A DNA stretch of 15,864 nt. Source: a virus. Each line of letters opens with the position of its first letter. Positions within the stretch are counted from its first letter, which is position 1. Positions 7,773 to 14,641 of the stretch are shown one piece after another. The stretch is from the UHGV virus genome UHGV-0248791. One strand, written 5' to 3'. Both the position numbers and the translations under genes were made by a program. The notes beneath the pieces are model-generated. The model was not told the DNA's origin, did not search any database, and saw only the letters and a list, made by a program, of their open reading frames with translations.

Positions 7773-7963
7773 GGACGCACCTCCGCCGTAGTTACGTATT
7801 TAACCGGGCTACCTTTCATTGAGATGGTTTCACACATCTCTGCCGCTTTCAGTTCCGCTGTTTTTCTGGATTTATAGCGACGGTGCCAGACAGATACATC
7901 CGTGCGAACTGATACATCGTTTCTGTATTCCGTAGTGGAGATGATGATTTCGTAACTAATCAT
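7769..7963 (-). CDS. Hypothetical protein (64 aa)
   Basis: ATG 7963 with GGAGG Shine-Dalgarno 7 nt upstream; ATGA overlap with the stop of the Rha-family gene. Confidence 0.5.
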   Translation of the reverse strand: MISYEIIISTTEYRNDVSVRTDVSVWHRRYKSRKTAELKAAEMCETISMKGSPVKYVTTAEVRP

Positions 7964-8820
7964 GGGCGAACCTCCTTGTCAGAACCATTCAGCCTGGAAT
8001 CAACAAGTGCAGCGCCAAAAACAGCATCACCAACACGGTCGTACAGTTTGCTAGCCAGCGGAGATTCAACGGCCTTAAGCATTGGATAAAGCTGGCTTGT
8101 CCAGATTTGATGGATTTCACGCAAATGCAGGTATACGCCTCTGGCGTTTCGTGCGACAGCTGACATATCAGACGCATCGGCACCTGATAAACTCTTCTCC
8201 ATCAGGTTAAAGGCGTTGATGTATGCCTCTTTGAACCGGGCAGCACGTTTACCAGTGAAGCCCATGGCAAGAAACGCAAAACCGTCGCGGGTGATTTGGT
8301 AACAAGGGAGCTTGCGTGTACCACCGTTCGGTTGATTTACCGAAATCGATGTCTCCGCAAAATTGCGGGCACAAAACTCAGGGGAACAATCCAGAGTGCG
8401 GATCTTTTTCAGCACATCGTCATGACGCTTGGAGAAGAAGTTGGCAACAGCCAAAGAAGTGGTAACGGCCTGGCCGTTGTCAATGGTGATTTCAGGTTGA
8501 GTGAGGGCTGGGATCGTAGCCATGATGGCAGCCTCCGTTGACAGTGAAAAACTTCCACCACCGGAAACGCCAATTTCACTGGTGGTGAACTGGACGGGGT
8601 TGGCGTAACCGGCGTCAACGGAGACCGGCGCACCTTTCGGTGCCCCCGCCCAGCCCACCATAATCTGGATGTGAGCAAATGCGGACGATAAAAAAGACGC
8701 TGGCGCGTCATACATCGCCGTTGACAATTTCAGGACGCCAATCCCGGCACCCGCTTTATAAGGTGCGGAGACAGTGTAACGTCCCGGAATTGCAGAATCA
8801 ATATGCTGGTGGCGGATCAT
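7960..8820 (-). CDS. Rha-family phage regulatory protein (paralog A); alternative internal start at 8523 would give a 187-aa product
   Basis: Rha-like motifs AVTTSLAVANFFSKRHDDVLKKIRTL...ITRDGFAFLAMGFTGKRAARFKEAYINAFNLME. Two nested starts: ATG 8820 (GGGAGG Shine-Dalgarno, ATGA coupling to the upstream gene) and ATG 8523 (GGAGG Shine-Dalgarno), the latter sitting right at the start of the Rha domain. Confidence 0.6.
   Translation of the reverse strand: MIRHQHIDSAIPGRYTVSAPYKAGAGIGVLKLSTAMYDAPASFLSSAFAHIQIMVGWAGAPKGAPVSVDAGYANPVQFTTSEIGVSGGGSFSLSTEAAIMATIPALTQPEITIDNGQAVTTSLAVANFFSKRHDDVLKKIRTLDCSPEFCARNFAETSISVNQPNGGTRKLPCYQITRDGFAFLAMGFTGKRAARFKEAYINAFNLMEKSLSGADASDMSAVARNARGVYLHLREIHQIWTSQLYPMLKAVESPLASKLYDRVGDAVFGAALVDSRLNGSDKEVRP
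8524..8820 (-). promoter_or_regulatory. Conserved structured leader, copy A (candidate cis-regulatory RNA; may also be translated as an N-terminal extension)
   Basis: Transcript sense: site 1 GTCAACGG (8725..8718), terminator-like GACGC-GCCA-GCGTC plus U6 (8709..8690), hairpin GCACC-GAAA-GGTGC (8643..8630), site 2 CUCCGUUGAC (8623..8614), pseudoknot-type helices ACGCCAA/TTGGCGT interleaved with CACCACC/GGTGGTG (8606..8556), site 3 GUCAACGGAG overlapping the Shine-Dalgarno (8542..8533). Confidence 0.4.
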
Positions 8821-9479
8821 AGGTGCACCTCCCGTTGATTACGACGGAACGCGGAGTGACCCTGGACGGTTTCAGCCTCATGGAATGCTTCAATACAGCT
8901 CTCGTAGTACCGCATTGTGCGCAGACTTAACCCAAGCTGAAGCATCATCAGACCATCAAGGGTGATGTAATAACCACGCAGGGAGTCACCGTAGATGTGA
9001 TAAGTACCCGGTATGAAATTGCGGGTAAAAAACCCGCGTGAGCAGTTCAGATACTCGATTTTGTCAACGATGTTCTGGTGCATGCGCTTGAAATGGCAGG
9101 CAACATGCAGGGAGAAAATAACGGCCTTGCCGTTGACGACTTCGATTTTTAGGAATGGGGAAGTTAGGACAGTAGCCATGATGGCAGCCTCCGTATGCAA
9201 TGGATAACTTCCACCACCGGAGCTGCGAAACTCATGGGTGGTGAACTGAACAGGGTTCGCAGTACCGGCGCATACGGAAACCGGCGAGCCTTTCGGCTCC
9301 CCTGCCCAGCCCACCATAATTCTGGCGTGCGTGAGCGCGGACGATAAAAAAGACGCTGGCGCGTCATATATCGCCGTATGCAATTCCGGGCTGCGACCCC
9401 CGGCACCCGCTTTATAAGGTGCGGAGACAGTGTAACGTCCCGAAATTGCAGAATCAATATTTGGTCTTGAAATGATCAT
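8817..9479 (-). CDS. Rha-family phage regulatory protein (diverged paralog B); alternative internal start at 9179 would give a 120-aa product
   Basis: Degenerate Rha-like region AVIFSLHVACHFKRMHQNIVDKI...ITLDGLMML. ATG 9479 lacks a clear Shine-Dalgarno, whereas internal ATG 9179 has GGAGG 8 nt upstream within a 20-nt block identical to copy A. Confidence 0.5.
   Translation of the reverse strand: MIISRPNIDSAISGRYTVSAPYKAGAGGRSPELHTAIYDAPASFLSSALTHARIMVGWAGEPKGSPVSVCAGTANPVQFTTHEFRSSGGGSYPLHTEAAIMATVLTSPFLKIEVVNGKAVIFSLHVACHFKRMHQNIVDKIEYLNCSRGFFTRNFIPGTYHIYGDSLRGYYITLDGLMMLQLGLSLRTMRYYESCIEAFHEAETVQGHSAFRRNQREVHL
9180..9479 (-). promoter_or_regulatory. Conserved structured leader, copy B (same architecture as copy A with compensatory changes)
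   Basis: Site 1 GCATACGG (9381..9374), identical GACGC-GCCA-GCGTC plus U6, hairpin GAGCC-GAAA-GGCTC (9299..9286), site 2 UUCCGUAUGC (9279..9270), helices CTGCGAA/TTCGCAG interleaved with CACCACC/GGTGGTG, site 3 GCAUACGGAG overlapping the Shine-Dalgarno (9198..9189). Confidence 0.4.
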
Positions 9480-9563
9480 ATAGCTGCTGATATCTTTAGA
9501 ACTGTTCTTGGATGTTTCGGAGCCGTTTTATGCGAAACAGCTCCCCGTTATTGATGTTGAGTG

Positions 9564-9588
9564 AGCCGGGTTACTCCCGGCTTTTTTT
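9564..9588 (+). terminator. Strong rho-independent terminator on the plus strand, antisense to the early-right operon
   Basis: AGCCGGG-TTACT-CCCGGCT 7-bp GC-rich stem (9564-9582) followed by a T-run to 9588. On the minus strand the hairpin is not followed by U, so it is unidirectional for plus-strand transcripts. Confidence 0.55.
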
Positions 9589-10295
9589 CACCGCTGCCAA
9601 CCAATAACCTGAAATAACCCCATTTTCGGGTGATACCAGCGAGTCCCTCGCGGTTCTGCTTCCTCCATAATCCGATAAAAAGCAGCCATAAACGGTTCCA
9701 CAGCAACAATTGCGCGACGTGACAACAATCCGTCCGGCGTCATGAACTCATGGGTGTCTGTAGGAATCTGATAGGCGTTCACCAGATTGCGGCATTTATC
9801 ATCTGACAAACCGGTTTTTGCTTTCAGTTGGCGATATCCGGCATAGCCCTCACGAATAGTGCCCTTTTTAATTTGCTCGACTGTTTCAGCAACGTGGCTG
9901 ACTTTTTCTTCCACCTGAGTGATCCGTTTCTGTTGGCGAACGGCTTCAAGAGCCATCGCGGCAACCATTTCGATTTCGCTCATTGGCTTACGGATCTGTT
10001 CTTCCAGTTCGCGCCAGCGATCTACCAGGCGAGCTGTGAATTCAGGACAGAGCTGTGCGACGACAATGATGCTGTCGCGCTTACCTCGTTCACCTTCGAA
10101 TACATACGCGCTAGAAAATCGGCGAGGCCCAAGTGATTGTTTATTCTCAATTTCCACAGTCTGTGGAAATTGGATGATTCCCTTTTTAGCCAGTGTTTCA
10201 ATAGTTCTCTTAACACTATCTGGTCGGCTTCCCACCAGCTCTGCGATCTCAACGCTGGTCATGGATGCTTTGCCGTTAAAAATTGCGGTGTTCAT
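9588..10295 (-). CDS. Rha/antirepressor-family phage regulatory protein (235 aa)
   Basis: N-terminal MTSVEIAELVGSRPDSVKRTIETLAKKGII...GERGKRDSIIVVAQLCPEFTARLVDRW resembles Rha-family regulators. ATG 10295 has an AGGAGA Shine-Dalgarno 6 nt upstream. Confidence 0.7.
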   Translation of the reverse strand: MNTAIFNGKASMTSVEIAELVGSRPDSVKRTIETLAKKGIIQFPQTVEIENKQSLGPRRFSSAYVFEGERGKRDSIIVVAQLCPEFTARLVDRWRELEEQIRKPMSEIEMVAAMALEAVRQQKRITQVEEKVSHVAETVEQIKKGTIREGYAGYRQLKAKTGLSDDKCRNLVNAYQIPTDTHEFMTPDGLLSRRAIVAVEPFMAAFYRIMEEAEPRGTRWYHPKMGLFQVIGWQR

Positions 10296-10519
10296 TGTTG
10301 GTCTCCTGTGGGCTTGTCATCTTCTGTATTCGCTAGACTTGGGTGTGTATATGGAATGCTCGGATCCAGATGACAAAGAATGGCAACATCCTCCGGAACA
10401 CCTCGCGTTTTCCACTTTCCAACACCTTGACTGCCACGAGGCCTTCCTTTCTTTGGGAACCTGCGACCAATAGCGGCATTGGTTTTAAATTGAATTTTTA
10501 ATATTTCATAAAGGGTCAT
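10292..10519 (-). CDS. Questionable small ORF (75 aa) in the Cro position; no HTH recognisable, may instead be an untranslated leader
   Basis: ATG 10519 is only 17 nt from the operator cluster and has a weak Shine-Dalgarno. The product is basic and low-complexity (GRRFPKKGRPRGSQG). The stop overlaps the downstream ATG (ATGA). Confidence 0.3.
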   Translation of the reverse strand: MTLYEILKIQFKTNAAIGRRFPKKGRPRGSQGVGKWKTRGVPEDVAILCHLDPSIPYTHPSLANTEDDKPTGDQQ

Positions 10520-10536
10520 TCTTTAGTCTCACGCCA

Positions 10537-10608
10537 GATACTTTGTTATCCAACGATGTTAACCATAGGAACCCAAAGTATCAAGAAATTCTGTTACTTT
10601 AGTATCAA
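10537..10608. promoter_or_regulatory. OR-type operator cluster with divergent PRM/PR promoters between cI and the early-right operon
   Basis: Three copies of an AAGTATC core: GATACTTTG (10537-10545, inverted), AAAGTATCAA (10575-10584), TTAGTATCAA (10599-10608). On the minus strand the motif reads TTGATAC, which overlaps a -35-like hexamer (TTGATA, 17 nt, TAACAT). Confidence 0.5.
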
Positions 10609-10630
10609 CAGCCATGAGAGGAGAAGAAAA

Positions 10631-11287
10631 ATGAAGTCTTTAGGTGAACGTCTCATCAACGCACGGCAAAAAGCTGGGTTAACACAAGATGCGTTGGCTA
10701 AAAAAGCTGGGGTCACCAGAGTTGCAATAAGTAAAGCCGAGCAAGGCCTTACAAAAAGTTTCAACGGTGACACCCTTTTTAAAGTTGCAGCTGCACTGCG
10801 GTGTTCACCGCAGTGGCTTCAGAACGGAGATGAAAAAGATAAGCATTGGGAAAATAATGTTAAGAGCTGCCCACAGAGAGACACAGCACACTCTTACCCT
10901 GTAATTAACTGGGTTCAGGCAGGATTATTCGCAACTTCTGGTGATGACTACAACATGTATGATCAGGATAATTGGAGGCATTCTGTAAAATACGCTGGTG
11001 AGAGGGGGTTCTGGCTGGAAGTGCACGGAGACTCAATGACTTCGCCCGTAGGAATAACATTTCCTGAAGGAATGTCGATCCTTGTCAACCCAGATAAAGA
11101 AGTTTTTTCAGGGTGTTACGTCATCGCCAGAAAAAAATCCACCAATGAAGCAACATTCAAAAAATATATTTCTGACATGGGAAAGGCGTTTCTAAAGCCC
11201 CTTAATCCACAATATCCAATCATAGAAATGGACAATGATTGCGAAATAGTAGGTGTTGTGGTTGATGCCAGATGGGATATTTTCTGA
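10631..11287 (+). CDS. CI-type prophage repressor (N-terminal HTH, C-terminal LexA-like S24 peptidase domain)
   Basis: HTH LTQDALAKKAGVTRVAISKAEQG; S24 motifs GDSMTSP (Ser) and a downstream Lys; candidate Ala-Gly cleavage site in WVQAGLF. Start ATG 10631 with AGAGGAGAAG Shine-Dalgarno; the track's longer ORF lacks one. Confidence 0.85.
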   Translation: MKSLGERLINARQKAGLTQDALAKKAGVTRVAISKAEQGLTKSFNGDTLFKVAAALRCSPQWLQNGDEKDKHWENNVKSCPQRDTAHSYPVINWVQAGLFATSGDDYNMYDQDNWRHSVKYAGERGFWLEVHGDSMTSPVGITFPEGMSILVNPDKEVFSGCYVIARKKSTNEATFKKYISDMGKAFLKPLNPQYPIIEMDNDCEIVGVVVDARWDIF

Positions 11288-11320
11288 CCAGACACAAAAC
11301 ACAAAACACAAAAAGAAACC

Positions 11321-11393
11321 AAAGTATCAAAAATCACTTGCCACGCCTTGATACCTTAGTTACCATAAAACAAAGTTCGTAACTGAGGTATCA
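11321..11393. promoter_or_regulatory. OL/PL-type operator and promoter region downstream of cI
   Basis: The same 10-mer as in OR, AAAGTATCAA (11321-11330), plus the inverted copy TTGATACCTT (11348-11357) and AGGTATCA (11385-11392). Precedes the first plus-strand early-left gene. Confidence 0.4.
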
Positions 11394-11397
11394 TCTC

Positions 11398-11901
11398 ATG
11401 ATCAATAAAGCTACAACTCTTGACTGTCTCGAAGAACTGAAAAACCTCGGCAGCCTCATTACACTAATAGCAAAAGCAACACCTGATGCTACGCTCTCTA
11501 GCGATATAGAGTCATGCGCAGGACTGGCATGGGATATGACAAATAGCATATCCAGAAAGCTATCGTCAGCAATGCTTTTACAGAACAAAAATTCTGCAAT
11601 CAACAACCGTCTTCGCACCCAACGCGAAGCCTGCGGCTTAACAACCGCCGAACTCGCCAGGCTGCTCGATCTCGATGAAGAAATCATCATTCAGTGGGAG
11701 AGCGGAGAGTATGAACCAACCATCAGTATGCTTATCCCACTGGCAAATATTCTTGGCTGCGATCCGATGTGGCTGTTAACTGGCGAGGTTACTCCTCCGG
11801 AGCAACCAAAAAGTGAGGAGCAGCAACACCATGACGCATCTCAACAAGTTTGCCCCTTATCTCGCGAAGCTCTTCTGCGGAAGAACCAATACCAATGGTG
11901 A
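11398..11901 (+). CDS. HTH (XRE-family) DNA-binding protein, first gene of the early-left operon; not N-like
   Basis: HTH in the C-terminal half (LTTAELARLLDLDEEIIIQWESGEYEPTISMLIPLANILGCDPMWLLTG). No arginine-rich N-terminal motif. ATG 11398 with GAGG upstream. Confidence 0.55.
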   Translation: MINKATTLDCLEELKNLGSLITLIAKATPDATLSSDIESCAGLAWDMTNSISRKLSSAMLLQNKNSAINNRLRTQREACGLTTAELARLLDLDEEIIIQWESGEYEPTISMLIPLANILGCDPMWLLTGEVTPPEQPKSEEQQHHDASQQVCPLSREALLRKNQYQW

Positions 11902-12029
11902 CATAATCGCCGCTTCGCCCTTCAAGGTACATGCGAACATTTTTATCAATCATTGCGGAAACAGTCTCAATATGAAAACACTTCTGAGACTCGCTATATA
12001 GCAGAACATATAAGTCAGCTGAGGAAGCC

Positions 12030-12395
12030 ATGAAAAAGTTCGAAAACATAACTGTTCTCCATGTTGATGACTTTGATTATACAAACCCGGAACTTCTCCC
12101 GGAGGTTGTAAAGGCAATAGATGTTGCCGATATAGTGATTAGAGAAAAGAGAATTGTCAAAAACAGGCTCGCATGCACTTCAGGAGCAATGACAGAAACA
12201 ACCTCACAGCAAGATAATTACGAAGGCATTTGCCTGGAGCCTGATTCATTTGCAATAAATGTTTATCATTTATTGCATGCAACACAGGTATTACATATGT
12301 CCAGTAATCACGAAACGAAAACACTCGGCAGCGAAATTCTGAATTTTGCATGTGAGTATACAAAAGCTGCTGCCGAAAAAGAATTAGCGCAATAA
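12030..12395 (+). CDS. Hypothetical protein (121 aa)
   Basis: ATG 12030 with a strong GAGGAAG Shine-Dalgarno; no recognisable motifs. Confidence 0.6.
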   Translation: MKKFENITVLHVDDFDYTNPELLPEVVKAIDVADIVIREKRIVKNRLACTSGAMTETTSQQDNYEGICLEPDSFAINVYHLLHATQVLHMSSNHETKTLGSEILNFACEYTKAAAEKELAQ

Positions 12396-12589
12396 CAACA
12401 AATATGCCCTGAACGTTTATTGCGGTTTTATCGCCGGGGATTGTTACAACCTTAATCCACAGGAGGCTTTATTGTGACTTTTATAAAGAATATGGCATCA
12501 CACAAGACCGCCTGCCTTATTGCACAATACGGTGAAAATTACATGCATATTGCCTGCTTATTTCTGCGTAAAGCATACGGGAGATAATA

Positions 12590-12778
12590 ATGCATCAGAA
12601 AACAGCAGAACACGAACAAACCAGAGTATTGCTGACCATCAAAAACGGGAAAGTAATATTCATTCGCCATGTTCATGACGATGAACTTGTAGGAAATCTT
12701 TCAACATTCCTGTTTATTGCAGAAAAGGCAGGATATGACGTTATTGCACCAGCAGATGAAGATGAAGATGAGGAATAA
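12590..12778 (+). CDS. Hypothetical small protein (62 aa) with acidic C-terminal tail
   Basis: ATG 12590 with GGGAG Shine-Dalgarno; C-terminus ADEDEDEE. Confidence 0.5.
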   Translation: MHQKTAEHEQTRVLLTIKNGKVIFIRHVHDDELVGNLSTFLFIAEKAGYDVIAPADEDEDEE

Positions 12779-12783
12779 ATATC

Positions 12784-13365
12784 ATGCAATACGATGAATT
12801 CCAGGCTGAAGCAACAGCCAATGGTATACGAACTGGCAGTATGACGATTGATTATCACGACGCCATACGTCGTCTGGATGCCGGAGAATTCGATACTCCT
12901 AATGTGCGAGGTTTACGTATCCTTCAGTGTCTGGCGCAAGCCGACGAAGCAGGATTACTGGGTAAACTTCCGGTTGAGATGAAGGTTGCTCAGTGGCGAT
13001 GGTTGTATGTGACGACATTCATCAACGAAGAAGAAGACAAGAACGGCACAATTGATATCCTGAATGAACACGGAACAACTGAACACGCCGTGGTATATAA
13101 CGGGATGTATGGGTTTATGACGATATATCCCGGCCCCATTCGATTTGCCTTACAACAGTATATTGAATGGAATTTAATTCAAAAATACGGCGAAGCTGAA
13201 GGAATGGGAAGAGCGCTGTTTCTTTATCAGAAAATGCTCACTACTTCCCCTGATAAAGGTTTCATTCTTTCAGATATGGGTCGAGAAGGGCTTGAAATCC
13301 TTCTGGATGAAATTATTAACGAAATGAATACTCATGGCATGCAATCCGAAACAGATATTAAGTAA
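12784..13365 (+). CDS. Hypothetical protein (193 aa)
   Basis: ATG 12784 with GAGGAA Shine-Dalgarno 8 nt upstream; tightly follows the previous gene. Confidence 0.65.
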   Translation: MQYDEFQAEATANGIRTGSMTIDYHDAIRRLDAGEFDTPNVRGLRILQCLAQADEAGLLGKLPVEMKVAQWRWLYVTTFINEEEDKNGTIDILNEHGTTEHAVVYNGMYGFMTIYPGPIRFALQQYIEWNLIQKYGEAEGMGRALFLYQKMLTTSPDKGFILSDMGREGLEILLDEIINEMNTHGMQSETDIK

Positions 13366-13375
13366 AAGGGACCAC

Positions 13376-13624
13376 ATGACCGTTATCGAGTATATCCAGG
13401 AAAATCCAGATTGCAGTAGAGAAGATATATCCCTCGCACTTGGAAGAAGCGCAACTTCTATCAGTAATGAATTATCACGGTTATTGTGGAATGGGTTAAT
13501 AGTACGAACTGGAGAAAAAAACAAAATGATTCTGTACTGCGTAAACAATCTGCCGTTTGGATACAGCAATCCCCTAAGTGTTATGTTCAACCAGTTACTT
13601 AAACAGGTAAGAAATGGCAACTGA
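13376..13624 (+). CDS. Small putative winged-helix DNA-binding protein (82 aa)
   Basis: ATG 13376 with AAGGGA Shine-Dalgarno; HTH-like segment EDISLALGRSATSISNELSRLLWNGLIV. The track's longer ORF from 13334 overlaps the upstream gene and lacks a Shine-Dalgarno. Confidence 0.5.
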   Translation: MTVIEYIQENPDCSREDISLALGRSATSISNELSRLLWNGLIVRTGEKNKMILYCVNNLPFGYSNPLSVMFNQLLKQVRNGN

Positions 13625-13904
13625 CTCACAACTAACCATAGAAACGGCCCTGAATGTCGGCCTGGCGCTCCTTGGTTATTTTTACATCGTGTTCTGCAGC
13701 GGACGGTGGCTGTCGCTGTTGTTCCTGAAAAAATGGAATAAACGCCGTAAGCAGGATGAACGCCAGAAGGCATTAGAAGCGTTCTATGACGCATTTGAGC
13801 TTAGCCGCATTGAACCAGGTACAACAGCCAGGATAGCGACAAAAGGCGACCTGATGATAGTGATGTTCCGACAGGAGAGAGCAGAGAAAGGGGAATCAGC
13901 ATGA
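13614..13904 (+). CDS. Hypothetical small membrane protein (96 aa, one predicted TM helix)
   Basis: Hydrophobic segment LNVGLALLGYFYIVF followed by a basic stretch KKWNKRRK; ATG 13614 with AGGTAAG upstream; overlaps both neighbours. Confidence 0.5.
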   Translation: MATDSQLTIETALNVGLALLGYFYIVFCSGRWLSLLFLKKWNKRRKQDERQKALEAFYDAFELSRIEPGTTARIATKGDLMIVMFRQERAEKGESA

Positions 13905-14641
13905 AATTTTCCAAATTTTCTGAGTTGGTGAATCGTATTTTGTCCAACAACCACAGCCATCGTCGCGATATGGATGTAACGATCGTTGTTCATTCGCCTG
14001 GCAGCATTGGTTCAACACCCTCAGTTGAAGTTCAGTCAATTCACGCTGGTTTTGATTGGGATTCCGGGAAAGTGCTGATTTTCCCAGCACAGCCACTGAC
14101 CACTCTAACACCAGAACAGATTACTGATATTACTGATAGTGTGCGCAAAGGTCAGTCCTGGCACGCATATCAGGAATACAAGAAGCATAAAGAGCAGTTG
14201 GAAAAATTATCGATTGAACTTGATGCCGCAAAACAGCGCATTGCAGAGCTGGAGGGTAATTTCACGGCGCTGGCAGCGGAGAATGCGGGAATAAAGTCTG
14301 CAATTCCAGAATCACGGGATATTGAAGATGACAATGACAATATGGATGACGTATCTCTCGCGGAAGACTTCGGGTTCAATCATGCAATAGAACGGATGAG
14401 GAGACAGATACCTGAAACGCCAACCACTGATGCTTTCCTGGCTGAAGTCCGGGCGCAGGGGGTGGATGCTGCTATAGAAGCTGCAAAAAATCTGGTGGCC
14501 CAAGAATATGAGTATAAGGATTTCAAAGCGGCGCAGAGTGATTGCTGTATGTACCCTGGTTCAGACCTGGTAGGGAAGGTTGAAATGACTGAGTGGTTAG
14601 TTGACTTTGCTGCCCAGCTTCGCAAAGGAGGCAACCAGTGA
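13901..14641 (+). CDS. Hypothetical protein (246 aa) with central coiled coil
   Basis: ATGA overlap with the upstream gene and GTGA overlap with the downstream gene; coiled-coil-like region KEQLEKLSIELDAAKQRIAELEGNF. Confidence 0.65.
   Translation: MKFSKFSELVNRILSNNHSHRRDMDVTIVVHSPGSIGSTPSVEVQSIHAGFDWDSGKVLIFPAQPLTTLTPEQITDITDSVRKGQSWHAYQEYKKHKEQLEKLSIELDAAKQRIAELEGNFTALAAENAGIKSAIPESRDIEDDNDNMDDVSLAEDFGFNHAIERMRRQIPETPTTDAFLAEVRAQGVDAAIEAAKNLVAQEYEYKDFKAAQSDCCMYPGSDLVGKVEMTEWLVDFAAQLRKGGNQ

Noticed and set aside
8409-9457. Alternative-frame minus ORFs inside the Rha leaders (8409..8711, 9164..9457) and plus-strand ORFs 8296..8541 and 9013..9207
   Set aside because: The two minus ORFs are Arg/Pro-rich alternate frames of the duplicated leader, present only because the leader is duplicated; none has a Shine-Dalgarno.
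6164-9479. Possibility that the various direct repeats are a CRISPR array
   Set aside because: The repeats are either a single 21-bp duplication, 12-bp iteron-like units, or a ~300-bp diverged duplication of gene-plus-leader; there are no regularly spaced identical repeats with unique spacers and no cas genes.
9828-10473. Plus-strand ORFs 9828..10136, 9919..10473 and 10137..10373, and minus 10022..10252, over the 235-aa gene and its upstream region
   Set aside because: Antisense or alternate frames of a gene with a strong start; no independent support.
10296-10630. A conventional Cro gene directly downstream of the operators
   Set aside because: No frame on the minus strand between 10296 and 10520 encodes a protein with a helix-turn-helix; the only ORF is the low-complexity 75-aa frame, kept as a low-confidence feature but not called Cro.
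11116-12363. Minus-strand ORFs 11116..11337, 11391..11690, 11789..12049, 12157..12363 and plus 11813..12001
   Set aside because: They lie opposite or out of frame with plus-strand genes that have good Shine-Dalgarno sequences; products are Ser-rich and low-complexity.
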